Below, one piece after another: positions 26,952 to 40,177 of a stretch of 64,000 bases of DNA. A program made the translations under genes and the position numbers. Every line of letters begins with the position of its first letter. Position 1 is the stretch's first letter. Below the pieces are notes generated by a model that worked only from the letters and a program-made list of their open reading frames with translations, did no database searches and was not told the origin of the DNA. The stretch is taken from contig NW_019091355.1 in the NCBI RefSeq assembly GCF_001949145.1, positions 2,317,107-2,381,106 on the forward strand, given 5' to 3'. The stretch is from Acanthaster planci (lineage: Eukaryota).

Positions 26952-27090
26952 AGCGCGCCTCCAAGAGTTTGCAACGCGTTGACCAGTCACAGTGCGCGAA
27001 ATCTGTCGACCCAACGCGCGTTTTGGAAAGGGTCGACAGATTTCGTGCACTGTGATTGGTCAACGCGTTGCAAACTCTTGGTGGCGCACT
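26952..27090. mobile_element. Palindromic MITE-like element with about 60-bp arms
   Basis: AGCGCGCCTCCAAGAGTTTGCAACGCGTTGACCAGTCACAGTGCGCGAAATCTGTCGACCC, then a short loop, then GGGTCGACAGATTTCGTGCACTGTGATTGGTCAACGCGTTGCAAACTCTTGGTGGCGCACT. A related half copy lies at 56294-56371. Confidence 0.85.
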
Positions 27091-29827
27091 GTTGTGAATC
27101 GCCCGTACTTGCAACGGGTGTTGCGCTCATGCCGATATGAAATCGGTGGCTTTGAGGAACCCGGATGTAACGGGATGTTCCATCTCAAGCGATGCCCCTG
27201 AAATACAAAAAAAGTCATTTTTCCCCTGATGAATAATGATTCACCTCTCCTATAAAACCCCTTAAAGAGGTAGGTCTCCTTTCCACGCGAGGTCAGCAGG
27301 CGCTGGCACCCTGAAAACCCCGGTTGGCCGAGACGGTAGTTAGTTTTTGTCTCAACCTTGTGCGTTAGATTTCCAATCCTTTCGTTGCGCACTGGGAACC
27401 CTGCGTCCCCCCCTTCCCCGTTCTGACGGCGGTCAACAACGTGCCTCCCGCTGGTCATTATTCCTGGTAAGTGCTTGAATGCACTGAGTCGCTGCTACTT
27501 CTTCACATTCAATCATCCTTAACGACGGAACAGAATGCATAAAAACCAAACCATTGCTTTATAAAAAATCTTCACAGCACTTCAGTGCCCACTAACACGC
27601 GTTTCCGGTGGAAATACTGATTACATTGTTGAGTAAAATTTATTCAGGGCAGTTCACAGAGTGCACGCTTTAAATGTGCATTTTATCTGCGGTAGCCTGG
27701 GGCCTTATGGTCTTCACTGTATTATCTGAACCACTGCAGTTCAGCTGTGTCAAACGACAGTAGGTTCGTTTTACTTCACAGCACTGAGCATGGAGGAAGG
27801 AACGCATATTAGTTTTAAAATTTGCCACGAACAACCACGTTGGGGACATTCCGAGGTTGCACCCACCTTTGCCACGACTTTGACCATCGTTTTCACTTTA
27901 GAAGATGAATTAGGTATCATAATTATGTGATAACCTGATGCTCCGTTCGGATCATGCCCGTAAGGCCAATGCATCAGGCCATTTGATCGAAATTCGCATG
28001 CACGACATGTAGCATCACCCTCGAGATCTGTCTCGAGAGCCTGTCACGTAATCTAATCTGTGTTATTTCGAGTACTCTTCCCATTTGCCTTTCTTGATTT
28101 CGGCTTGCAGCTTACTGACGATTGTACCGAACAAAGCTTGGCCCGAGTGCACCTGAAAATGACTAATGACTACAAGATTTAAGGGACCTATAAATAAAAT
28201 GTTTCCACTCGGGAAAATTCGAGGAAAAGGCGAGAAGGGACATTCAAATAAGCGTGCTTTAAATCGGCAAGTTGTTGACGTATACAAATTGTTGTTTGCG
28301 TCAGTTCAGTTTGTCTACCCATATCTTTTTTAACTTCCACATTATACTTTTCTCCTTGCATAGTGGGAGGCCTAAATAAACAGTTTCAAGCGCAATGGGG
28401 ACTAATGCGTAGCACTACATGTATCTTCAAATTCCCCCGACAGTTGAAAAAAATTGCACTTTGATGTTGACAACAAAATCTCCTTGGGTCAGCTAATGTT
28501 GCACTTTTTGTAAGCTGATACCATACAAATTTGTCATAACGACTGTCTACCTATCAAGTGGTCAAATTGTCAAATAAGATGTCACCAAATGGCTAACACG
28601 TCATGTACCCAAGTATTCAAGTTGCAGATGCTACCACTCACGCGTGGCCGCGCTCGTCGGTCGAATTGGGGATTTCTTGGCGGAGTTGGGGGTTCGGAAC
28701 AGTTGTTGAAGAGACAGCCTTTTAATAGGTTATCGAAAAGTCTGATTAGACAATAACTGGGTCAGCGAAATGAAACGAGATGAATTCAGCTCGAAGCCAG
28801 CAGTGGTCACCTCCTTTTTCGGGGGGGGGATTTGGTCATGAAGATCCAAACACTTCCTGCAACTTTGTAATCTGTTGTTCGTAGGCATAAATGAGCATTC
28901 ACGACATGGCAACCTTTTCAAAATCATACTTTTGTTGACTCACATAGCGTGATATAACAATCTGTCTTTGTCTCAATTTCAGTAAAATCTTACAACGAGT
29001 AATGACACATATTGGCCCTTTCAATTTTCTTTCGAAAGAACGTTGGGTTGGCATTGATGAACGTATTTATTTCCCAGGGGATTAGAGAAACACCTTTAAA
29101 TTTGAAACCTTCAGCTCTATCTATAGACCTTTTCACTTATAAATTCATAATTATGCACGCATGCGCACTAATGGCCTTGGCAGCAAGACGTGTGAGCGGG
29201 CCATTGAAAACGCACAGGGGTGCGATTTTGGTAATTTCCTCTCAGGTTTTTCGGTTGTGTTCAGTTTTTTGCTATAAAATGGCTCGAAAGGAGACCGGCT
29301 TAAATACGGCAATCTCGTGTGCACATAGGAAAAATCAGGACTGTAAATTCATTAAAGAGTAAAGTCATTACAGAACACTAAAGATCCCGCTTAGATTAGA
29401 AACTAAACTCACAATTCGTGCTGCGAGATAGCGATCCACCCTTTAAAAATCAATTGACCGTATAAGCTCCCATAAGGAGCTCCTCACTACCAAACAGCCC
29501 CTTAACCCATCATAAGCCCCCCAACTATCGACACACGCACCACTCAGGACTAGACACTAGTCACGCTGACGGCCCTTACACCAACGTACAAGGTGTATCA
29601 AACTCAGTTGCTTGCTCTGCCTAAACCACAGACCTGGATTTGTTATAGCAGAATCGAACCAAATACACAGCCCCTTCATCACGCCTGCGCGCCCACTACA
29701 TGTGACCAAGCAGTGACTAGCATTGCGATTGCCCACGCGCAAGGCGGAGCCTAAGCACTGCGCCCGCTCATCTTACAATTACACGCAAGTATACATTTGC
29801 AAGTATACATCTGCCCAACCAGCTGGT

Positions 29828-30000
29828 TCCCATGGGTATGATCTTGTCACGCCATGTTGGTTCCCAACATAGCTTGCGTGATCTTACCCCTGCCAATTTA
29901 TATCCAACTAGTTGGGATATTTAAATTACGCTATGCAGCCCTTCCATATTTCTTTAGTCAGTATATTCACGAGCAATGCAGATTTACGCGTGTGTGAAGC
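29828..30000 (+). repeat. Dispersed repeat, related to 47715-47845
   Basis: Both sites share TCCCATGGGTA.GATCTTG..CATGTTGGTTCCCA.CAT and CTTTAGTCAG..GCAGAT.TACGC. Confidence 0.7.
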
Positions 30001-31664
30001 GAAGGAGAATACAGGGGCGCGAGCGAGCGTGTAGCTTTGGAAATACGTGTAGGCCTATGATTGTCTATATAATGGAGATCGATGGATTCACTTTACGTTT
30101 ATGTATATTCAACCTGAATAGCCGGTCATCAGCGTCATTTTCGAATTCTACGCAACCAGGGTCTAGTGAAGGAACGCACAAGCAGTCCATGGTGTCGAGG
30201 TTGACATTTGCCGTCTGTTACCGTGCAGAGCGCCATCTATCGCGTCACAATACCAAGACCATGTTTTTATTATAGCCGAGACTTCGCTCGTGTCAAAGCA
30301 TTGCCACTGGCGAACCAAAAAATTTAAATAACGCTTCGCTAACAGGAAGTGATAACCTCGCAGTCACAGGTCGTGCACAATGTAGCAAATCACAGTGCAA
30401 AGCCATCAGCCCTTATCAGCACCCTGTTTGGGCGCTAGGTGACGAGCGAAGTAAAGGCGGGAAAAACTTCATGTGGTTATCAATGGCCTAACTTGGCATC
30501 GAAATGTCATGGGGAGGAGGGTTTCTCTGGTTACATATGAATTTGAAATCGAGTATGGGACAGTTTCAGATTATATATTCCTCTATACATAGAACAGGTT
30601 ATTGCCCCGACAGCATGGTATTGAAATGAGCTCGGAGATAACATTTTGAAATATCAAAGATAAGCAAGAAGTCTATTCCTAGTTTTTTCTCTTCAGTTCT
30701 TGTTGGAACTCTCTAAGAATTCAATAAAAACTAGCCGCAGTCTTTGCTATACTGTGTAACTGACCCTTAGTCATGCGGTTCATAGGATGGGACGCTCAAC
30801 TGCAACCTCTTCTCCGAAGTTGCCTTTTAGCTTCCCGTGAAGGTGCTGACATGTTATTCTACCAGGGTGCTTCTTGGCTTTCGATTTCAACTTCTTTGTC
30901 AACGATGAAAAGCACGAGTGATAAAAAAGCTCCACCAAAGCAAGAAAAGCTGTAGAACGCTTCCATCAGAACCCTTAGCAGCGCAGATGGGATTTCAATT
31001 TGAAACTGTCTAAATACCTTAAATCCCTTTACATGTTCGTTGTCCTTGTGGATCGAAACAAAACCTTACGGTTCACATTGTTATCTTTAGCTTTTGTCAA
31101 AGCGTTTGCTTCGACAGCGCAGGGCGATTCTGATTGTAAGTCCTTAAGCCCCGTACAGTATCCCACTGTTTTCGGTTAAAAGGGCGCGAGGTTTTGGCAA
31201 AGTTTCGTCAAAATGGAAAGAAAACAAAGGCTTATCCCTTTCGAAGGACTCCGAAGCACTGTGCGACCCGCAGCCAGGCTGCAGTTTGTTGCGCACATGA
31301 GAGGGTGTGGAAAGGCCTACAATCGATTCTGTGATTTGACGACTCTGCGGACGTTGGATAAGCAATTTTTCGATTGGTTCCGTAGGCCTACATTGGATTC
31401 TAAAGGCTTTGTCTTGCAGGCAGGGATGCCGACACACTTTCGCAAACAGTTGAGGATTTTGTGAGCGTGAGCATTCTGCGAACTAAATTCAGTTGTTCCT
31501 GTATTCTGATTCAACGTACTGGTCAAGAGCTGAGTGACTTCCTCCTCTCTCATCTCATTGGCTTACCTTAGCAAGGCTAACGTTCCTGTTGCAAGACATC
31601 AGCAGCGTATTGACAAACAACATGTGCTCGGCGTCGGAAATTGTCAAGTAAGTAAACAACTTAT

Positions 31665-31780
31665 ACTTTGGCAGCTGAAAATACGACTGCAGGAGATTAA
31701 GTAGTTTGTAATATCCGAACAACTTTGGCAGCTGAAAATACGACTGCAGGAGATTAAGTAGTTTGTAATATCCGAACAAC
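31665..31780. repeat. Perfect 57-bp tandem duplication
   Basis: ACTTTGGCAGCTGAAAATACGACTGCAGGAGATTAAGTAGTTTGTAATATCCGAACA occurs at 31665 and at 31722. Confidence 0.95.
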
Positions 31781-34700
31781 AGTATTTAATTTGTTTCCAT
31801 GGGAGAAAATGTACACGTGTTTTGGAAGAAAATGTAGATGTGTTTTAGACAGACTTACCCAAGCAGCCCGAGGATTACATTTATCATTAAATATTAACAG
31901 ATTTTGTAATATAGAGCCATGTTAAAGGGATAACACAGTTCGTTTGGATTGTACGATCTCTTTATTTTCGGTAACTGCAGAAAAAAAACTAAACTAAGAA
32001 TTCGTGGATGATGAACCCTCATACTTTTAAAACTCCATCATTCAAAACTGGTACCAAATATAATTTAAGCACACAGACTAGCGCCAAGTACATATTCCCG
32101 ATATCAAGCATTGGTTCCAAATGGTCATTTAGGCGGTGTTGTTGGTCACCAAACAATATGCAATGCACGGCAGTCATCTCTCCCAGCCAGTGCTTTTGGG
32201 ATGTGCACAAGAGTTACATGTACTCAACTCATGTGTATCCCTATGGAACAAAAACACTGTCAAGGACGATGGCTGCCGTAACCTCTTAAATTAAAGTCGT
32301 TGCTCGAATTTGCCCCAGTGTACGCTATTATTTTTAACCCATCACTTGTTAATTTGCATAAGTGTGACTTTAATTTTCCAGTGACATCTTACACACCCAA
32401 CGGGAGCTGGTATTGGTTTGCCTTGTAAAGGCGCCAGAGGATTAATTTCAAATTAATTTACGTCATTAATGATCAAGGTATTCAGGTGGCTAACACCTAT
32501 TTTTCCACACTAAGAATGCCGTAAAGGCCTACTTTTTGATGCTATTTGACGGTTGAGCTGGGTCACATTTTCAGCACGGAAAGAAGCTTTCGTGTCAGGT
32601 TTCCAATTGTATATTATTACATTTGATAACAGATCTTCGGTTGGATAGTGATTGCTTAGTAATTTGAAGCCCTACACTAACACACTCGGCCTTCCATTAT
32701 TTCTAATCACTGTCCTCACCACCAGTCATCACCAGCAGCACTAAAAGCCATGCCACCGCTGCGCAGAGGTCTTGTCAGGAATCTTTTGTTATTTTGAGTT
32801 TCCTGTTTCCACGACCTCTCATATCCAGTGTTTGTAGATAATGGAGTCGTGCATTAGTAGCCTTTTCCGCTGTGTTGTCACAAAAGAGAGTCGTGTGTAT
32901 ATAGTGGAAAGAGAGAAAAAAGTGAGCGAATGAATCACAGACAGAAGTACAGAAGGACGCGAAATTAGACAAAATGGCACCTCGAAACAACGTCGTCAAT
33001 CAATACCATCCCATGTCAGCCTGACGGATGTCTTCGTTCTGGGGGCACGGCGCTGACAGAAGGAACATACCAGGGATTGGTTATCGCAGCTACTTGGGGC
33101 GGTATATTTCGTTGTTCTCTTTGCCTGATGCAATGGCGTATTAACCAAGGGGAGTCCAGCGAGTGGCAGAATTCAACAGGCTGAAGAATTCAAAAGTTAA
33201 ATAGGGACGCTGATAGAAGTTGAATCGCACCAGCAACTGGACTACATATGCAAATCTCGGATAGTAAAATCGCTTATCTCAATACCATGTTAAAGTCTTG
33301 GACCTACTGTTTCACTGGAAGGTGAAGAAATATGTAAACACCAAAGTACACAATTGGTAATGATCCTCATAATCTGACTTAACCTATGAGCGTTGTCATT
33401 AATGGGAAACTTGTTCAGGCATACTTTGGGGAATCAGATCTGCCAGGAAACTTGAGTTTGTTTATAAAACCCAATAAGCGCCATTTTTGCACGTTGTAGA
33501 ATCCCACCATCATCTGGTCACCCAAAAATCAGTTTTGACTGGTTTTATGTTAAGCACAACCTAATACAGCGAAGATGAAGATTAGGAACACGTCTTACAT
33601 GCAATGCTTTCATTGTTTAATATTTAACAAATGAAGGGGAAAATTTCCCCTTTTTAAATGGATATAAATGTATCACGTTTTGGAAATAAATTCTTCGTTT
33701 GCAAATACCTGAAATACATTAAGTCACTTCTTCTTTCGTAATATGAACAGCTTAGAGTGACGGCCAGGTCAGTGCTGCGCTTGTGACTTCATGGAGTGCA
33801 TTGAAGCCCCCAGGCCCAGGAAGGCCCTCTAGAGGGCCATGGCTGCCTTGAATGATGTGTTGGACAGTCTGACCAAGGTGCCTGTAGTCACATGCAAGGC
33901 TGTCTGTAAACGTTTATATTGACCAGGTCATGAGCTGATTTGTCACGTACTGTACGGGTCCTGTTAGGAGCCGTCCACTGTTTTCGCGGGACACTGAGTG
34001 GACAAGGTCTTTTGTTGGTGACACTGGCATCTATCCAGATATTTTGCAGTTTGAACTTGGCACGAAGGGTCGCTTTGGAAACCTAGACGGGTTTGCAAGA
34101 TTCCAGGCGCCTTTTAGGTAGATTATTCAGGTTCTTGTGGATCAGCTCCCTCATTTTGGACATAGGATTCAAGTGAGAAACTAAGATAGGCGTAGATAGA
34201 AGAGTCGCCGAGATAATCCTCATGGCCCAGCTCAGGACGGGCTCGATTTGTCTGACATGGCAACTCTCAGCCACAACAGTGCACAGTACGCATCTGTGGA
34301 GTACACAAAAGCCAGGCTTGCAGTGTGTAGAGCATGACCACTACCAACTACATTGTAGTACCTGCAAATTTACTGCCATATTGACCCTGACCTTCAGCTT
34401 TCGGATGTATTTTTCACACTATATCAAAAAGGCAAATCCGATAAAGATACTTTGGCAATTCCTTATGCTTAATTGGTTTTAATACAAAAAGAAACTTGGA
34501 GCTATGTCCCAGCCAAGCGGTTGATAAGGTGGAATGAAGTAATTCATTTTGGAAGGGTTTGGATAGACGCTACAGAGTAGATGAAAAACTTCCTTTTCTG
34601 TAAGGGTTGTATTTACATGTAGGTCTTCAAAACAGGCTTCGGTGGCAGAGGCAAGGGTTAGCAGCTAAGGCCTACGCAAATTTGCTAGAGGTTGTGTCTT

Positions 34701-36749
34701 GCATGTCACTCACAAATGACTATTGGAGCCAAGACACTTATTTATGTTAGACAGTATACCTCAATCCGCCTCTTTTTGAAGGTTGTGGGGGGCCTTGGGT
34801 CGCTGATACCCTCTTACAGAATGATATCACACAATGCAAAGACGTTTTTCCTTCTTTTCTATTCAAACTTGCAAAAATATCCTTTCATTTTCTTGAGTCA
34901 TTAGCGGGGTGAATCTAATGTCCCTCGCATCTTTACAAACTACCAACATCGTGTCCTTCTTCTGCTATGTTTACTTTCACTGCCAGAGAACAAAATGCAG
35001 AGACTCATAATTGTCACGTCGTGGTGATATTTGTTTTGTGACCCAACACGTGTAGCTTTGAAGGTCAACGAGGCTTGGTATTTACTTAGTATTACCCACT
35101 TGTCATGTTTTGGAGATCACCACACGTGAGAAAATGAGAGAGAACGGGATTAGTATAAATGTAGTATGCGCTATACGCCTTGGGCAGAACACCTTCCGTT
35201 CTGCAGTCTTGTATGAGCCTAGTATCAAGCCAAGGAACTAGTACATCTACAACGCACCTGAGATTTGGAGAGGAGAAAATGAGATAATATCTACGTGTAC
35301 TTGCGTGTTCACTGGCCCTTTTTGAAATACTGAAACGACATACTCTCAGCAACATTGGGATGACCCGAGTGGGATAGCTGGGAGTTATTTAGAAAGGTAA
35401 GATGGGATTAAATTTGTTTGCTTGTTGCCATTTTTGTTGATGTCTTCGTTGAACTCCTTGATGTTGTTATATCATCATAATCTCCCCACGCAAATTTTGC
35501 AGTTGAATCAAAATTGTTCATTTTGGGGTGTCAATTTTTTTCAAGGGGTTAAAGTGTTGTAACTTTTCAGTGAATTGCCGAACGTATGGCTATTGTGCCA
35601 ACCATACTTTGGCAGCTTGCACAAGTGAACAGACGCTTTCATGGAAAACTGGTAGTTGAAAAAACGAGGAATCTGGGAGACTAGAACTGTGTGGTTAGTG
35701 TTCAAGTTTTCTTGGATTATGGTGATTTCCACTTATTTGTTAAACTCCTATTAACAAAGCCAAAGCCGTTACCTGAACTCTTGGGCTTTGTCAATATGGG
35801 CGAAGCGATGAGTGCTATATGAATCCACAAGCCAGGGTGGTGTGGCTTCTACCCATACAGGTGTCATGTCATTCTTGAGGTGTGAGTTGGCGGGACCCTG
35901 GCGAGTATGGAGAGGTGTAAAAGCGATCTTCATGGTCATGGCGCTCAATGGTCCAACGCCTGTCATGAGAAACTCTCACGTGCACAATCGCCGGAATTGG
36001 GCGTTCATTTTCTGCGGAAAATTGATATAGGATGCCCAATACTTCTAATTGACGTTGTGCTGTGGCCTGCAGTGTTCAGCTGCCCTTTGATGGTGTCTAG
36101 TCAGTACAGCAAACACGAAAAGTGAACACGCCAATGTTAAAAACCAAACAAAAAACCAATAACAACTGGCATAAACCATAACATCAAACTCTTCTCGCTG
36201 TTTTCAACATAAAACTTTCATTAGTTTCTTTTGACAGAAACACCTCACTTCGCGTGAGCATCTTCCGAAGGGTATTTTGCTGAAAAAAATGCTGTTGTTT
36301 CGCTCGAACTGAGGAGGCATGTACATGTCTCTACTGTTTAGTAAAAAATTGAGACATAAAGTGTAATGCCTGGATCAAAATTTCGATGAGTGAATTCTTT
36401 AAATTTTCGGTTATTTGTATCTTTATACAAGAATCCTTTCAGAAGAAAAATCATTGCTCCAAATGAACCTTCAATCCGTGCTTCTTTTTCAACGATTTTA
36501 ACGATTCGATTAAGTTCTACAAAATGTTGCTTTGTTGTGTTTTAATCTCTGTTTAGAATATCACAGTACCATGAAATAAATCAATAATTTTTTCCCACAT
36601 TTTATGAATTTTTTTCGGTTTATCCTATCTTAATAAGTAAACTTTGATAACTCTTGTAAACTTAAGCCTTTATAAGTGCTAATTGGTATCTCTGTGTTAC
36701 TTGTTTTAATCTGATCTATTTTTCGGGTCCACTTAAGCACGATCCAATA

Positions 36750-37374
36750 TCTGGACGGCGTGCGACCTTTCGCGCGCGTGCCGGCCTCGGTAATTCAAGT
36801 ACAAGCTGCGGTCACCCCACCGAGACTCCAAGCAGACATGCACTCGCACGCTCTCTGTTCTCCCCTCGAATATGACCCAACTTCATCTCGCTGGTGGAGA
36901 AGATGATAAAGCAAAAAGCAGGTCAACAGCTCGTCGCTGGAATAAATTATTAGCCGGTCAGTCAACGGTGCTCAACTGGATGGGCAGTGAGTTGGCGACC
37001 GGCTGGAGAGACGACCGCCGGCGGGAATTAGGACATTTCCGGCCTCGTCGCAAATTTGTGGAGTGAGTGTGAAAGGATATCCTGATGAAATAGCCAATTA
37101 ACTTAACAACGCGACGAGGCTCCTCCCTGTAAGTCTGGGCAGATTTGTTGAAATTACCTTTTTCATGGAATTTATCTGGCATGATTGTCTTGTATCGGAG
37201 GAAGAAGACGGAAGCTGAGGTGGACTGACATTTTAGTTCGCAGCCTCGAACAGATTCCTTGCTGTTCTTCACAAGAGTGTGCATAGCGTTCACGACCATT
37301 GGCGTTCAAATGCACGTTAAGTGAATAATTCTCCCTTGTGATGACTTCATTTCGTTCAGAAGCGCTAGCTCAGG
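36750..37374 (+). promoter_or_regulatory. CpG-rich candidate promoter/first-exon region of the GPCR
   Basis: An abrupt switch from AT-rich to CpG-rich sequence occurs at about 36750, followed by donor-like sites GA|GTGAGT (37063) and GG|GTAAGT (37375). Confidence 0.4.
37341..37374 (+). CDS. Candidate upstream first coding exon of the GPCR (MTSFRSEALAQ + G)
   Basis: ATG 37341 is open to a consensus donor G|GTAAGT (GT at 37375) in phase 1. Splicing to the AG at 40183-40184 restores GCT GAA GAA in the GPCR frame. Confidence 0.45.
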
Positions 37375-40177
37375 GTAAGTTACATGTAACAGGCATTCGC
37401 CTTGTTTATCTACATACGTGTCCGCGTGTACTTTTTCTCGTTCGTCCCCGGGGAAGTTATTCACGTTGAAGTGTTCCCAGGGAACACATACCAAAACTAC
37501 ATCCTGGTGCTTGTCATGTGATCAGGAAGAAAGCATGTCCCAACGCAGGCGCCATTCTGCCGTCAGCATATGGAAATGCAAACGTTGAGACAAAACAAGA
37601 CGACTTGTGCTGACGTTCTGCGTCATTAATGATTTTGGTCTCATTCGTCGTAATACATGTATGTATACTCCTCGTTGACGTAAATACCGCTTGGGGGCGC
37701 CGGAACCCCTTCTGGAGCCACAGAGACAAATTACCTCGCTCGTTGTACTCGAAATCGCATCAGGTCACATCATGTATGTCCATTATGTATCTCTCAAAAA
37801 GCTTGATGTATTAGTGGGTTTTTTGTATCAGACACAATTCAGTGTCCAATGTTCGTTTGATATGGGGAAATAAAGGAGTAGGATGTCTTTTCTTATCTTT
37901 CCTATCAAATCAGCAAAGCCTTTCGAGAGTAAAAATAGTTCATAGTGTGTTAGGAACTATAGTAACTGCTCATCTTTATTGGAAAGGGATGAGTCTTATA
38001 ACGACTGCAAGGATTCTTAATGAAAGGCAAAAAGGCAGATCTCTGATCCGATTATGAAAGCGGTGTACCTTGTTTATCGCACGTATAGTCAACAGTGATG
38101 AATCCACCTTGCAACCTGACCCTTTTTGAGCCAATTACCGGAGTAGCAAGGGACAGTTTTCAACAGGTGGGCTTGTCAGCAAGGAGACACCGTCGCTCTC
38201 CACGTTTATTACTCAATTGTGTGAATTTAGAGTAAAGTCCGGTCGTGCTGGATTTTCGATTTTCATAACAGACAGTGTCTATATGATAAAAGTCCGATCG
38301 ATGTTAGTTGTCCATTTTCACCGCAGAGGGAAATAACACAACGTACAACGAGTACTCTTCACCTAAAGGAGCCATGCAGCGACATCTTTCTTTAAATTAC
38401 ATTTTATGTATCTATTATTTTACGACGAGGGGTTTGAGCGCATTTCATTTGAGTAACAGTCTAGAGAAGAGGCTGGAATCTGCGTTACGGATGAAACAGA
38501 ACGAATTTTAAACCTACTTTCCAGGTGTCCTCACTATTGTAAATATTCATTGGCAGATCTTTTTGGAAAACTTCACCTGGGGTACGTTCAATTAGCCTTT
38601 TAGAAGCTGGGGCTGACACAGTAAGAGGGCGCTTTTTGAAGTAGGTAAATTTGGAGCAAACACAAAAGACTTTACCCAAACCAAACAGCGCCCTCCTATG
38701 GTGTCCGCCTGTGCGTCTGAAAGGCCAATAGCACAAAACGTGCTCCGGTATAGGCATACCATACTTACCTTTATTGTTTGTGGAATGCAGGCAATACAAA
38801 AGGTATTAAGCTATTAAACGCGTCCTTTGCTAATGTTGGTATTGCTTTAGTGACTGGGACGCAACAATAGTTTCGTAAGACCATAGGATAAGTTGGGGCA
38901 TAGTGTAGTAAAATAAACAAAAGCAACAACAAAACACGTGTGAGACACGGAAGAAGCATCGTCCACTTTGCATAATACATGCTGTCCTTTCTCACTTGTG
39001 ACGATACAAAAATACCAGACGGCCATTCCCAACAAGCAAGATCTTTTCTCTCCTCAAGTTCGCATCGCGTGGGTGGTTGGTGTTTGCACAATTATTAAGA
39101 GACGAAGCGCAATGTTTTTCTCGCTATCAGTTCTTGCGATGATTGCACTTCCAGTGAGCGAAATGGAGGTCTGATGATCGAACATTCGAATAATCGATTA
39201 TCTGGCACAGGTTTAGTGGAATCCTATACGTACTCTGAAGGAAACGTGCCAAGTCCCGCTCGAGCTCAACTCCGTGCTGAACCTGTACGCAGGCAAACTT
39301 TGCGTAACCTGTTGCCGATTCCCATGGCCAAATTCTTATAAGCTGCATTATATAGGTAAGCCTCTCCCGGTGCTCCAGCATGAATGGAGCGGAAGCAATA
39401 GCTCCTACATTTTTACGACACTGCAGTAAGACAGGATGACAGTGCTTTGAAAAAATTGTCACCCTCGGGCATTTTTGTAAGAAAAAAATAATAAAAATGA
39501 AGAATGGCGGAATAACCTTGCACCGTTATCAAAGTACAAAGTGTACCTAGCTTTTCAATCATTTTTCTTGTATAACGAGTATTTCTCCCTCTTGTTTTTT
39601 AGAGAGGTGCATCTGCTGACGTCATATCCCCTGCGGGCTTTTTAATATTGCGCCACCATGTAACTTATCTTTCTCGACGGAAGAACGGTACCCTTGTGTC
39701 ATTCGTCACCATGGGAACAGTAAGTGGATTGATAAAAAAGCCTGAGCAGCAGGCGTGACGGCTGGAGTTGCTTCAGAACACGGCGTTGAGCTGGCCAGAA
39801 CAATGAAAACTAATCTCACTTGAGGTTGCACCACCGGCGCCTTGAAAGGAGACTACAGGGGAAATGTGACTGCTGTTGAGAAGTCCCCGCAAAGACAGCA
39901 GTAAGAGCGTGCTCCAAGAAACGTTTCAAGTGGAGATGATGCAACTTGCCAGGCACTCATTTCACTCAAATGTGTTTGAACAAGCCACGTTAAAGCCACG
40001 CGGCGTGTTAAGTAAAGGGTTTTGTTAATAAGCGGGCATTTCACATTAAAAAGGTTCCGTCAGTGAGAGATGTTTATAAACCCAATGTAACAGTTAAAAT
40101 TAATGGACAAATACTGAACATTTGGAGTAGGAGCTCTATTCCCTCATTCCCCGATAACGCTGATTACGGTTCACATT

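Noticed and set aside
38761..38770. ATACTTACCT, identical to the U1 snRNA 5' end
   Set aside because: The downstream sequence does not continue as U1. It is simply a minus-strand donor-like motif.
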